Source of the DNA: an uncultured Tissierellia bacterium
Lineage (GTDB): Bacteria > Bacillota > Clostridia > Tissierellales > Peptoniphilaceae
Length of the DNA stretch: 64,000 nt
NCBI GenBank assembly: GCA_937923265.1
Contig: CALAJY010000050.1
Span: forward strand, 4,938 to 68,937
Direction: 5' to 3'
The position numbers were made by a program, and so were the translations under genes. The notes under the pieces were generated by a model, which was not told the DNA's origin, ran no database searches, and saw only the letters and a program-made list of their open reading frames with translations. Positions 36,424 to 45,777 of the stretch are shown one piece after another (position 1 is the first letter of the stretch; every line of letters begins with the position of its first letter).

Positions 36424-37971
36424 ATGGAAATCGTTTTAAATGGTAGAGATTTGACACTGGAACAGTTAATCGCAGTAAGCCGTGAGGGCGCCAAAGTATC
36501 TATCGATCCTGCCAGTGTAGAGGATGTAGAGCGGTCACGTAAAATCGTGGAAAGCATTGTCGAAGAAGAGAGAGTGGTTTACGGTGTGACCACCGGCTTT
36601 GGATCTCTTTGCAATGTATCCATTTCCAAAGAGGATAATGCCCAGCTTCAGGAGAATTTGATTCGGACACATTCCTGCGGTTACGGACGTCCCTTCCCGG
36701 AGGAAGTGGTTCGTGCCATTCTGTTAATCCGTATCAATTCCCTGCTCAAGGGCGTTTCCGGCATCCGGATGTCGACGATCAACACCCTGTTGGATATGCT
36801 CAACAAGGGAGTTACGCCGATGATTCCGGAAAAAGGATCGGTCGGCGCATCTGGCGATTTAGCTCCCTTGGCTCATATGGTTCTTCCCATGTTGGGCTTA
36901 GGAAAAGCGTTTTACCAGGGAGAATTGCTCTCCGGAAAAGAAGCGATGGAGAAAGCCGGGATCGAAGTGATTCAGTTGGCAGCAAAGGAAGGATTGGCTT
37001 TGATTAACGGAACTTCCGTGCTGACTGCGGTCGGAGCCTTGGCAACCTATGATGCGATCCGTCTGGCAAAATTGGCAGACATCGCCGGCGCTCTTTCGAT
37101 TGAAGCACACCGTGGAATTGTCGATGCTTTCTATGAAGACCTGCACAAGATTCGTCCTCATGATGGCTCATTGAACACGGCAAAGAACCTACGTTCGCTG
37201 TTGGACGGATCCACCTTTGCAACCCACACCGCGGAGCTGCGCGTACAGGATGCCTATTCCCTGCGTTGCATGCCCCAGATTCATGGAGCCAGCAAGGACA
37301 CCATCCGTTATGTCAAGGAGAAAGTGGAAATTGAGATCAACTCCGCAACCGATAACCCCATCATCATCTCGGAAGATGAGGTCATTAGTGGCGGAAACTT
37401 CCATGGTGAGTTGATGGCACAGCCCTTCGACTTCTTGGGAATCGGTGTTGCGGAAATCGGAGATGTGTGCGAGCGTCGCATTGAGCGCTTGATGAACCAT
37501 GCACTGTCGGATATGCCTTCCTTCCTGGTAAGCCATCCCGGTCTGAACTCCGGATTCATGATCACCCAGTACAGCTGCGCGGCGATTGTTTCGGAGAACA
37601 AGGTGTTGGCACATCCTGCCAGTGTGGATTCGATTCCGACCTGCGAAAACCAGGAGGATTTGGTTTCCATGGGATCTCATGCCGCTCGTAAGGCGCGTGA
37701 AATCGTGGACAATGTGTGGAGAGTGGTTGCCACGGAAATCATGGCGGCTTGCCAGGCAATCGACCTGCGTCGGGATGTCAAGGAAGACTCCAAGGACCGG
37801 AAGTTAGGCAAGGGAACCCAGATTGCCTACGATGAGGTTCGTAAACTGGTAGATTTCATCGATGAAGATGCTAAGATTGAAATGTATGACGAATTGGAGA
37901 AGATTACCAACGGCCTCAAGGCCGGCAAGGTATTGGATGAAGTAGAAAAGCAAGTTATCTTCGAACTCTAA
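36424..37971 (+). CDS. hutH: Histidine ammonia-lyase
   Basis: MIO-forming motif GSVGASGDLAPLAH. 515 aa. SD aaaggagg. Confidence 0.95.
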   Translation: MEIVLNGRDLTLEQLIAVSREGAKVSIDPASVEDVERSRKIVESIVEEERVVYGVTTGFGSLCNVSISKEDNAQLQENLIRTHSCGYGRPFPEEVVRAILLIRINSLLKGVSGIRMSTINTLLDMLNKGVTPMIPEKGSVGASGDLAPLAHMVLPMLGLGKAFYQGELLSGKEAMEKAGIEVIQLAAKEGLALINGTSVLTAVGALATYDAIRLAKLADIAGALSIEAHRGIVDAFYEDLHKIRPHDGSLNTAKNLRSLLDGSTFATHTAELRVQDAYSLRCMPQIHGASKDTIRYVKEKVEIEINSATDNPIIISEDEVISGGNFHGELMAQPFDFLGIGVAEIGDVCERRIERLMNHALSDMPSFLVSHPGLNSGFMITQYSCAAIVSENKVLAHPASVDSIPTCENQEDLVSMGSHAARKAREIVDNVWRVVATEIMAACQAIDLRRDVKEDSKDRKLGKGTQIAYDEVRKLVDFIDEDAKIEMYDELEKITNGLKAGKVLDEVEKQVIFEL

Positions 37972-38037
37972 TTCAAGGCGGGAATTCCCCGGCCCCAAGG
38001 GACTGGGGAATTTGTGTGTTTAGAAAGGATATTCTCT

Positions 38038-38931
38038 ATGAAAAGAGTAATGTGTATACCCAACTATTCGGAAGGCCGCGATGAGGAAAAAATCGATAAG
38101 ATTGTGGAATGCTTTCGTGCCAAGGAAAATGTCAAACTGTTAAACTATCAGCCCGATAAGGATCATAACCGGACCGTGATCGAGGTCATCGGAGAGCCGG
38201 AAGCGGTTATTAAGGCCGTGATTGAATCCGTAAAGGTTGCTTCCGAACTGATCGATATGTCGAAACATGAGGGAGCCCATCCCCGCATGGGAGCCACGGA
38301 CGTGGTTCCTTTCGTACCCATCACGGATGTTACGGTGGATGAGTGTGTGGAGTATGCCAACGAGGTTGGAAAGGCCATCGGAGAGATGGGAATCCCCGTC
38401 TACATGTACGAGGATGCTGCCAAGGATAAGAAGAGAAAGAACCTGGCCAAGGTTCGTAAGGGCCAATACGAAGGCTTCTTTGAAAAGATCAAGGATCCCG
38501 ATTGGAAGCCGGATTACGGTCCCGCAGAGATGAATGAGAAGTCCGGTTGCACCGCAGTGGGTGCCCGTTTCCACCTCATCGCCTTCAACATCAATCTCCG
38601 CACCGAGGACAAGGAGATTGCGGACAAGATTGCTCGGAAAGTTCGCCACATCAGTGGGGGTCTTCACTCTGTCAAGGCCATCGGGCTTGCTTTGGAAGAG
38701 AAACACCAGGTCCAGGTTTCCATGAACCTCGTGGATTTCCGCAAAACCGCGATCTATCAGGCCTATGAGATGGTAAAGATGGAAGCGCGTCGTTATGGAG
38801 TGAGCATCGCAAATTCGGAGCTGATCGGCTTAGTTCCCCTTCAGGCATTGATCGACACCGCTTCCTACTATCTGCAGATTGAGGACCTGCAGATGGATCA
38901 AGTCGTTGAAAACCTCTTGATTGGAGAATAA
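38038..38931 (+). CDS. Glutamate formimidoyltransferase (FtcD N-terminal-type, stand-alone)
   Basis: MCIPNYSEGRD N-terminus, HPRMGATDVVPFVP, HSVKAIG. 297 aa. Confidence 0.85.
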   Translation: MKRVMCIPNYSEGRDEEKIDKIVECFRAKENVKLLNYQPDKDHNRTVIEVIGEPEAVIKAVIESVKVASELIDMSKHEGAHPRMGATDVVPFVPITDVTVDECVEYANEVGKAIGEMGIPVYMYEDAAKDKKRKNLAKVRKGQYEGFFEKIKDPDWKPDYGPAEMNEKSGCTAVGARFHLIAFNINLRTEDKEIADKIARKVRHISGGLHSVKAIGLALEEKHQVQVSMNLVDFRKTAIYQAYEMVKMEARRYGVSIANSELIGLVPLQALIDTASYYLQIEDLQMDQVVENLLIGE

Positions 38932-38932
38932 G

Positions 38933-39559
38933 ATGACCCAACTCAGTGAACTCACCATTCAAGGTTTTAATGAGGAATTGGCAAAGAAGACGCCGACCCC
39001 CGGTGGCGGATCTGTGGCGGCTTTGAACGCCAGCTTAGCTGCTTCTCTTTTCGCCATGGTCGCGGCGTTGACCACGGGCAAGAAAAAATACCAGGATGTG
39101 GAAGAGGAGATGCAGGAAATCGGCAAGAAGAACAACCGGTGGAAAGATGAGTTTGTCCAGGCCATTAATGAGGATGCCTCTTCGTTCGACGGTGTTGTGG
39201 AAGCTTTTGCCATGCCGAAGGAAACGGAGGAGGAGAAGAAGGCTCGGTCTGCGAAAATTCAGGAGGGCTATCGAGCAGCGATTTCTGTTCCCATGTCCTT
39301 GGCATTAAAGACCCTGGAGGTCTATCCTTCCGCGGTAACGTTGGCCCAGAAGGGAAATGCGTCCGCCCTTTCGGACGTTTCCGTGGGTGCCATGAACCTA
39401 CGCGTTGCCTTCTTCTCTGCGCTGGAGAACGTAAAGATCAATCTGAAGAGCGTAAAGGATGAAGCCTACGTGAAGGAGATGGAAGAGAAGATGGCAAAGG
39501 CCATCAAAGAGGTGGAAGAGAAGGATAAGGAGATTCAACTAGCCCTTCAATCCCGTTAG
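38933..39559 (+). CDS. Formimidoyltetrahydrofolate cyclodeaminase (FTCD_C-type, stand-alone)
   Basis: Motif KTPTPGGGSVAALNASLAASL. ~208 aa helical protein. ATG is 2 nt after the preceding stop. Confidence 0.8.
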   Translation: MTQLSELTIQGFNEELAKKTPTPGGGSVAALNASLAASLFAMVAALTTGKKKYQDVEEEMQEIGKKNNRWKDEFVQAINEDASSFDGVVEAFAMPKETEEEKKARSAKIQEGYRAAISVPMSLALKTLEVYPSAVTLAQKGNASALSDVSVGAMNLRVAFFSALENVKINLKSVKDEAYVKEMEEKMAKAIKEVEEKDKEIQLALQSR

Positions 39560-39575
39560 TGGAAAAAGCCAAAAC

Positions 39576-39609
39576 AAAAATCCCGAGAGCCTTGCTCTCG
39601 GGATTTTTT
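39576..39609. terminator. Bidirectional intrinsic terminator between the cyclodeaminase gene and hutI
   Basis: 14-bp stem aaaaatcccgagag/ctctcgggattttt, with A/T tracts on both sides. Confidence 0.8.
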
Positions 39610-39625
39610 ATTGGAATGTTTTCGC

Positions 39626-40888
39626 TTATACCCACTGCCGATCTTTCACGACTTTTTTACCATCTACATACACCGCCTTGCAGAGGTTGGTGGCAAAGAA
39701 ATACAGGAGATAGTCCAGGCTCCGGCAATCGAAAATGGAGAGGTTTCCTCTCTTTCCCGGGTTTAAGCTTCCCATGGTCTTTTCTCTTCCCACGCTGTAG
39801 GAGGCGTTGACGGTGACACAATTCAGCACCTCGATGGGGGTTAGCTTCATCATCATGCAGCCCAACTGCATGATGAATTGCAGATTGGCGGTGGGACAGG
39901 ATCCCGGATTGGCATCGGTGCAGAGGGTGATGGGCATGCCCGCTTCCACCATCTTTCTCGCGGGGGCATAGGTGTCTTTGAGAAGGGAGAAGGTGGTGCC
40001 GGGCAAGAGGTTCCCAATCACCTGAGCATCCGCAAGAAGCTGAATCTCCTTGTCCGAGATGTTCATCAAATGCTCGGCAGAGGTAACCTTTAATTCATTG
40101 GCGACCTCAATGCCACCGATGCTCTCAATCTCATTGGAGTGAATGCGCAGTTTCATCCCATGCTCACGCGCCGCTTCCAGGACTCGCTTGGACTGTTCTG
40201 CCGTGAAGACATCCTTTTCGCAGAAGACATCGCAGTATTCCGCATAGCCTTTTTCCATGACCTTGGGCATCATGTCGATCACTTCATCGACATATTGATC
40301 GGGATTATCCTTTCGGGACTCGGGGATCACGTGGGCCGCCATAAAGGTCGGGACCACCTCCATGGGGGTATCCTTGCCCAGGTTGTTGATGACCTTAAGC
40401 TCCTTTTCCTCGATCTCCCAGGTGTTGCCATAGCCGCTTTTTGCTTCCACGCAGGTTACCCCGTGGACCATCATGTGTTCAACCAGCTTTTTGGTCTTTT
40501 TGTAGAGCTCCTCGCAGCTTGCTTCCTTGGTCGCCTTCAGCGTGGACAGGATGCCGCCACCGGCGTTGAGAATATCCAGATATTCCATTCCCTCCAGCTT
40601 CATGGCGAACTCGTTTTCCCGTGATCCGCCAAACACCAGGTGCGTGTGGGCATCGATGAGTCCGGGCGTGGCTACAGAACCCTCGTAATCCTCGATTTCC
40701 GTCTTGTCATCGGCGTAGTCCTTGTAGGCTTCCCCCTCTCCCACGGCAGCAATTTTTCCGTCTTTGAAACCGACAAAAGCGTTTTTCAATACCTGTGCTT
40801 TATTCAATTCCTCCCCGGTTAAAGGATGACCCGGGTCATTGGGTTGGAACAGTTCGTTAAAATGAATCAAAATCCGATCACAAATCAA
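39626..40888 (-). CDS. hutI: Imidazolonepropionase
   Basis: 420-aa amidohydrolase with GLIDAHTHLVFGG, RIHSNE and TDANPGS. TTG start preceded by aaggagg. Confidence 0.92.
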   Translation of the reverse strand: MICDRILIHFNELFQPNDPGHPLTGEELNKAQVLKNAFVGFKDGKIAAVGEGEAYKDYADDKTEIEDYEGSVATPGLIDAHTHLVFGGSRENEFAMKLEGMEYLDILNAGGGILSTLKATKEASCEELYKKTKKLVEHMMVHGVTCVEAKSGYGNTWEIEEKELKVINNLGKDTPMEVVPTFMAAHVIPESRKDNPDQYVDEVIDMMPKVMEKGYAEYCDVFCEKDVFTAEQSKRVLEAAREHGMKLRIHSNEIESIGGIEVANELKVTSAEHLMNISDKEIQLLADAQVIGNLLPGTTFSLLKDTYAPARKMVEAGMPITLCTDANPGSCPTANLQFIMQLGCMMMKLTPIEVLNCVTVNASYSVGREKTMGSLNPGKRGNLSIFDCRSLDYLLYFFATNLCKAVYVDGKKVVKDRQWV

Positions 40889-41100
40889 GCTAATCCTCCT
40901 TTTTCTCCTCCAAACTTTTGCATGGATGACGTTTGAACAATTCCATTATAGACGAAAGTGCCTTTTACGTGCGATTTATTCCCTGTTAGCATGGACAACA
41001 TCGTTTTCATAAAGTAAAATGAGAGTTGCGTAGAAACTGCTGTTTTCTGATTGAAAGCGGGAAATCTTTTTCTCGCAGGTTATTTCAATAGGAGGTGGAA

Positions 41101-43143
41101 ATGAGTTTACAAGAAAAAATGGAACAGGCGAGACAAATTAAGTTGGATTATTTGCCGCCAAAGAAGAAATTTGATCCCAAGATTCGGCGAGCTCCTCACA
41201 GAGGATTCCGTCTTAATAAGGACCAGACAAGAACGGCTTTGAAGAATGCCCTTCGTTATATTCCCGAAAAGTATCACGAGGAGTTGATTCCCGAGTTTTT
41301 GGAAGAGCTCACCACACGGGGAAGAATCTATGGGTACCGCTTCCGTCCGGAGGGCGCCATCTATGGAAAGCCCATCGATGAGTACAAAGGGAACTGCATC
41401 GAAGGCAAGGCCCTCCAGGTTATGATCGATAACAACTTGGATTTTGACGTTGCCCTGTATCCTTATGAATTGGTAACCTACGGAGAAACCGGTTCGGTTT
41501 GCCATGACTGGATGCAGTACTGCATGATCAAGAAATACCTGGAGGAACTTCATGATGACGAGACCCTGGTTATGGAATCGGGTCATCCTCTCGGACTTTT
41601 CAAATCCCGCAAAAACGCACCTCGCGTTATCATCACCAACGGTTTGATGATTGGCGAGTATGACAATCTGGACGACTGGGAAATCGCGGAGGAAATGGGA
41701 GTTGCCAACTATGGACAGATGACCGCCGGTGGTTGGATGTATATCGGACCCCAGGGCATCGTCCATGGAACCTACAACACCCTGTTGAATGCCGGCCGTT
41801 TGAAACTGGGCCTTTCCAACGATGCCAACCTGAACGGCAAGTTCTTCGTATCCTCCGGTCTGGGCGGTATGTCGGGTGCTCAGGGAAAAGCGGCGGATAT
41901 TGCCGGTGCGGTATCCATTATCGCGGAGGTTGACAAGTCCCGAATCGATACCCGCTTGGAGCAGGGCTGGATTGACCGCATGACGGATGACCTGGACGAA
42001 GCCCTGGAGTGGGCACAGGATGCGGTAAAGAACAAGAAGACCCTTTCCATTGCTTATCTGGGAAACATCGTGGACCTTCTGGAATACATCGAGAAGAAGG
42101 ACATCCATATTGACTTGCTCTCTGACCAGACCTCATGCCACAATGCTTACAATGGCGGCTATTGCCCGGTCGGTATCAGCTTTGAAGAGCGCACCAAATT
42201 ACTTGCAACCGACAAGAAGAAATTTGTGGAATTGGTCAACGAGACCCTTCGCCGCCACTTCGAAGTGATCGAGAAATTGGTCGCGAAGGGAACCTACTTC
42301 TTCGATTACGGCAACTCCTTCATGAAGGCCGTCTTCGACTCCGGCGTCAAGGAAATTTCCAAGAACGGTGTGGATGATAAAGATGGGTTCATCTGGCCCT
42401 CTTACGTGGAAGACATCATGGGACCCTTGCTCTTTGACTACGGCTACGGTCCCTTCCGTTGGGTTTGCCTGAGCGGAAAGGAAGAGGATCTGGATGCCAC
42501 CGACCGGGCCGCAATGGAATGCATCGACAAGGATCGTCGTTACCAGGATCTGGATAACTACAACTGGATTCGCGATGCCAAGAAGAACAAGCTGGTGGTT
42601 GGAACCCAGGCTCGTATCCTTTACCAGGATGAGGTGGGTCGTGTGAAGATCGCTCTCCGCTTCAACGAATTGGTTCGCGAAGGCAAGATTGGCCCCGTAA
42701 TGATGGGTCGTGACCACCATGACGTATCGGGTACCGATTCGCCCTTCCGTGAGACCTCCAACATCAAGGATGGATCCAATGTGATGGCCGACATGGCGGT
42801 ACAATGCTTTGCAGGAAACGCTGCTCGTGGCATGAGCCTTTGCGCTCTCCATAACGGCGGCGGCGTTGGAATCGGTAAGGCAATCAACGGTGGATTCGGT
42901 CTGGTTTTGGATGGCTCCGAACGGGTCGATGAAATCATCAAACTCTCCCTTTCCTGGGATGTAATCAGCGGCGTGGCTCGCCGTAACTGGGCAAGAAATG
43001 AACATGCGATGGAAGTTGCTACCCAGTTCAACGAGGAGAAGCGCGGCATCATCTCCCTGCCGTATCTGGTAGATGAGAAGCTCTTGGACAAGGTCCTGGA
43101 TGACTTTGACCATGAGAAAGCACAAGAAGAGGCAAACAAGTAG
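41101..43143 (+). CDS. hutU: Urocanate hydratase (long form)
   Basis: 680 aa. GLGGMSGAQ NAD-binding motif, GMVRHADAGY-equivalent region, overall urocanase-like. ATG at 41101 sits 5 nt after aggagg. Confidence 0.93.
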   Translation: MSLQEKMEQARQIKLDYLPPKKKFDPKIRRAPHRGFRLNKDQTRTALKNALRYIPEKYHEELIPEFLEELTTRGRIYGYRFRPEGAIYGKPIDEYKGNCIEGKALQVMIDNNLDFDVALYPYELVTYGETGSVCHDWMQYCMIKKYLEELHDDETLVMESGHPLGLFKSRKNAPRVIITNGLMIGEYDNLDDWEIAEEMGVANYGQMTAGGWMYIGPQGIVHGTYNTLLNAGRLKLGLSNDANLNGKFFVSSGLGGMSGAQGKAADIAGAVSIIAEVDKSRIDTRLEQGWIDRMTDDLDEALEWAQDAVKNKKTLSIAYLGNIVDLLEYIEKKDIHIDLLSDQTSCHNAYNGGYCPVGISFEERTKLLATDKKKFVELVNETLRRHFEVIEKLVAKGTYFFDYGNSFMKAVFDSGVKEISKNGVDDKDGFIWPSYVEDIMGPLLFDYGYGPFRWVCLSGKEEDLDATDRAAMECIDKDRRYQDLDNYNWIRDAKKNKLVVGTQARILYQDEVGRVKIALRFNELVREGKIGPVMMGRDHHDVSGTDSPFRETSNIKDGSNVMADMAVQCFAGNAARGMSLCALHNGGGVGIGKAINGGFGLVLDGSERVDEIIKLSLSWDVISGVARRNWARNEHAMEVATQFNEEKRGIISLPYLVDEKLLDKVLDDFDHEKAQEEANK

Positions 43144-43177
43144 TCTCTCATGGACTACAGGCAGTGAAAATACAAAG

Positions 43178-43216
43178 AAGGACCACCCTGCGGCAAGCAT
43201 CGGTGGTCCTTTTCTT
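43178..43216 (+). terminator. Intrinsic terminator after hutU
   Basis: Stem aaggaccacc/ggtggtcctt with a 14-nt loop, then a T-rich tail. Confidence 0.6.
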
Positions 43217-43217
43217 A

Positions 43218-43226
43218 TGGTAAAAT
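43218..43226 (+). promoter_or_regulatory. Possible extended -10 element for the phoH operon
   Basis: TGgTAAAAT about 60 nt upstream of phoH. No good -35 hexamer. Confidence 0.35.
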
Positions 43227-43286
43227 AGGGCTGATAAAACGGAGGAACTCCCGGATTGCGGGAGCAAGGAAGAATAAAGGAGGACT

Positions 43287-44282
43287 ATGTCTGAGACAAG
43301 AACCTTTCCCGAGGAGCGGCAAGAAGTCATTGCGGCGCTCTTTGGCGAACTGGATGGAAATGTGAAGCTCATCGAGAAGGACTTAGGCGTGGATATTCAT
43401 CTGCGTGAGGGCCGCATTCAGATTAGCGGGGAACCCTATGCCGTGGAGGATGCCCAACAGGTCATGGCGGGCATGGTTTCTGTGATTGAGCGGCAGGGTT
43501 TCATCAGCAAGGCGGAAGTGAGTTATCTGGTGAGCATGTCCAACGCCGCAGATGATGTGCCGGTTGGGGAAATCCTCCGAGATGTGATTGTCTCAACGGC
43601 TCACGGTAAACCCATTCGGGCGAAAACCCTGGGACAAAAGCGGTATGTGGATGCCATTGCCAAGAATGGCTTTACCTTCGGCATCGGACCGGCGGGAACG
43701 GGAAAGACCTATCTGGCGATGGCCATGGCCATCAAGGCCTTCAAGAGCAATGAGGTGAATCGGATTATTTTGACGCGACCGGCCGTGGAGGCGGGGGAGA
43801 GCCTGGGCTTTCTTCCGGGAGATCTTCAGGAGAAGATCGATCCCTATCTGCGCCCCCTGTACGATGCTCTCTACGAGATTTTGGGGGGAGACACCTATCT
43901 GAAGCTAAAGGAGCGGGGCCAGATCGAAGTCGCTCCCCTGGCATACATGCGAGGACGAACGCTGGACAACTCCTTCATCGTGTTAGATGAGGCACAGAAT
44001 ACCACGACGCAGCAGATGAAGATGTTTTTGACCCGCCTGGGCTATGGATCCAAGGCGGTAATCACGGGCGATGTGACACAGGTGGACCTTCCCTCCGGGA
44101 AGAAGTCGGGTCTTCAGGTGATTCAGCGCATATTGAAAAATGTGGAGGGGGTTGCCTTCTGTCGGTTCAACCGGGCAGATGTGGTACGCCATCCCTTGGT
44201 ACAAAGGGTTATTGACGCCTTTGAACGGTATGAGGATAAAAATGATGGAAAAGGAAAAGACAATAAAGGGGCAAGAAAATAG
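43287..44282 (+). CDS. phoH: PhoH-like ATPase (YlaK/PhoH family)
   Basis: Walker A GPAGTGKTYLA, Walker B FIVLDEAQN, N-terminal KH-like extension. 331 aa. Confidence 0.9.
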   Translation: MSETRTFPEERQEVIAALFGELDGNVKLIEKDLGVDIHLREGRIQISGEPYAVEDAQQVMAGMVSVIERQGFISKAEVSYLVSMSNAADDVPVGEILRDVIVSTAHGKPIRAKTLGQKRYVDAIAKNGFTFGIGPAGTGKTYLAMAMAIKAFKSNEVNRIILTRPAVEAGESLGFLPGDLQEKIDPYLRPLYDALYEILGGDTYLKLKERGQIEVAPLAYMRGRTLDNSFIVLDEAQNTTTQQMKMFLTRLGYGSKAVITGDVTQVDLPSGKKSGLQVIQRILKNVEGVAFCRFNRADVVRHPLVQRVIDAFERYEDKNDGKGKDNKGARK

Positions 44283-45777
44283 TCGGGGGGAGCATTCCTT
44301 TCTCTTACACCTGCTCATCACCCCGGATGACGAGGCCTTGTCTCCGGAAGAGGACTGTCAGGACCTGCTTTCCGAAGCCCTTCGGCTGGCCGGTGAAGAA
44401 GAGGAGCTGAAAGGGAATCTGGAACTCTCCCTCCGTTTCGTGGACGGGGAGGAGATGCGGAGCCTGAACCGGCAATACCGCAACGTGGATGCGACGACTG
44501 ATGTGTTGAGTTTTCCCGCCTTTGAGCCGGAAGAATTGGAGGGCTTTTTTCAGGGAGACCGGCAGGGCCTCTTAGGGGAGGAGGAGAGAATTCCCCTGGG
44601 GGATATTGTGCTCAATGTGGAGAAGATCCGGGAGCAGGCTCGGGAGATCGGTCATGGGACCGACCGCGAGGCGGCTTACTTAGCGGTCCATTCCTTCCTC
44701 CATCTTTTAGGATATGATCATCTGACCGAAGAGGACCAGGAGGAGATGCGAAGCCGGGAAGAACGCATCATGACCCGGCTGGGTTTTCCGCAGTTGGCAG
44801 AGGGGCCGCATCCGCTTCATGAGGGGGGAACCCTGTCCCAAGGGGAGCCGGATGCCGATGCGGAGGTTCGAAAAAAAAAGGACTTTCACTCCGCCTTTAT
44901 CGCGGTCATCGGCCGTCCCAATGCGGGAAAGTCGACCCTGGCGAACGCCCTGCTGGGTGAGAAAATTTCCATTATCTCGGATAAACCCCAGACCACGCGG
45001 AATCAGATTCCTCTGATCTACACCGATGAACGGATGCAGTTGGTTTTTAAAGACACACCGGGCATTCAAATCCCTCGAAATGAGCTGGGGGAGGCGATGC
45101 TAAAAATGTCAAGAACGGCCCTGGATGATGTGGATCTTTGTCTGCTGGTTGTGGATAGCAGCCAATATTTCGGAAAATTGGACCGGCAGATTGTGGAGGA
45201 GCTCGGTCGACTCAAAAAGCGGAAACAGCTTCCGATGATCCTCCTGCTGAATAAGAGGGAGGAGTGCAAAGAGGAGGAGCTGAGGGACCTGGAGCAGACC
45301 TACCGCGATTTTGACCTTTTTGACCGGATCTTGCCGATTTCCGCGAAGGATGGATTGGGATTATCCGAACTCCTGGATCTGCTCTATGTCTACAGCCCCA
45401 AGGGACCCATGTACTATCCGGAAGACATGATGACCGATCGCAACGAACGCTTTGTGATCAGCGAGATGATCCGGGAGAAGCTCCTACTTCACATGGAAGA
45501 CGAAATTCCACATGGAATTTTCGTGGAGGTCACTAAGATGTCCTACCGGCAGGATAAGAAGATGGCGGACATCTATGCCACCATCTACTGCGAAAAGGAA
45601 TCGCACAAGGGCATGGTCATCGGCAAGCGAGGGGCCATGCTGCGGACCGTGGGAAGCGAGGCCCGAAAGGATATCGTCCATCTTTTGGACTGCCCCGTGA
45701 ACCTACAGCTCTGGGTGAAGGTGGAGAAAAATTGGCGGCGGAAGAAGAACAAGGTGAAACAGTTTGGCTATGAGTAA
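44242..45777 (+). CDS. Fusion protein: endoribonuclease YbeY (N-terminal) plus GTPase Era (C-terminal)
   Basis: One uninterrupted frame. The YbeY zinc motif HSFLHLLGYDH is followed by a ~45-aa G/E/P/D-rich linker. Then come Era G1 GRPNAGKST, G2 QTTR, G3 DTPG, and the KH domain (VIGKRGAMLRTVG). ATG at 44242 sits 5 nt after gagga and overlaps the phoH 3' end by 41 nt. Confidence 0.85.
   Translation: MMEKEKTIKGQENSRGEHSFLLHLLITPDDEALSPEEDCQDLLSEALRLAGEEEELKGNLELSLRFVDGEEMRSLNRQYRNVDATTDVLSFPAFEPEELEGFFQGDRQGLLGEEERIPLGDIVLNVEKIREQAREIGHGTDREAAYLAVHSFLHLLGYDHLTEEDQEEMRSREERIMTRLGFPQLAEGPHPLHEGGTLSQGEPDADAEVRKKKDFHSAFIAVIGRPNAGKSTLANALLGEKISIISDKPQTTRNQIPLIYTDERMQLVFKDTPGIQIPRNELGEAMLKMSRTALDDVDLCLLVVDSSQYFGKLDRQIVEELGRLKKRKQLPMILLLNKREECKEEELRDLEQTYRDFDLFDRILPISAKDGLGLSELLDLLYVYSPKGPMYYPEDMMTDRNERFVISEMIREKLLLHMEDEIPHGIFVEVTKMSYRQDKKMADIYATIYCEKESHKGMVIGKRGAMLRTVGSEARKDIVHLLDCPVNLQLWVKVEKNWRRKKNKVKQFGYE

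Noticed and set aside
40889-41100. A candidate catabolite-responsive element (tgaaagcgggaaat) and promoters in the hutI-hutU divergent region.
   Set aside because: The cre-like string mismatches the consensus at several invariant positions. I could not define convincing -35/-10 pairs, so no site is reported.
44140-44241. The longer 545-aa version of the YbeY-Era ORF, starting at 44140.
   Set aside because: It would overlap phoH by 143 nt and lacks an SD. The ATG at 44242 has gagga at the optimal distance.
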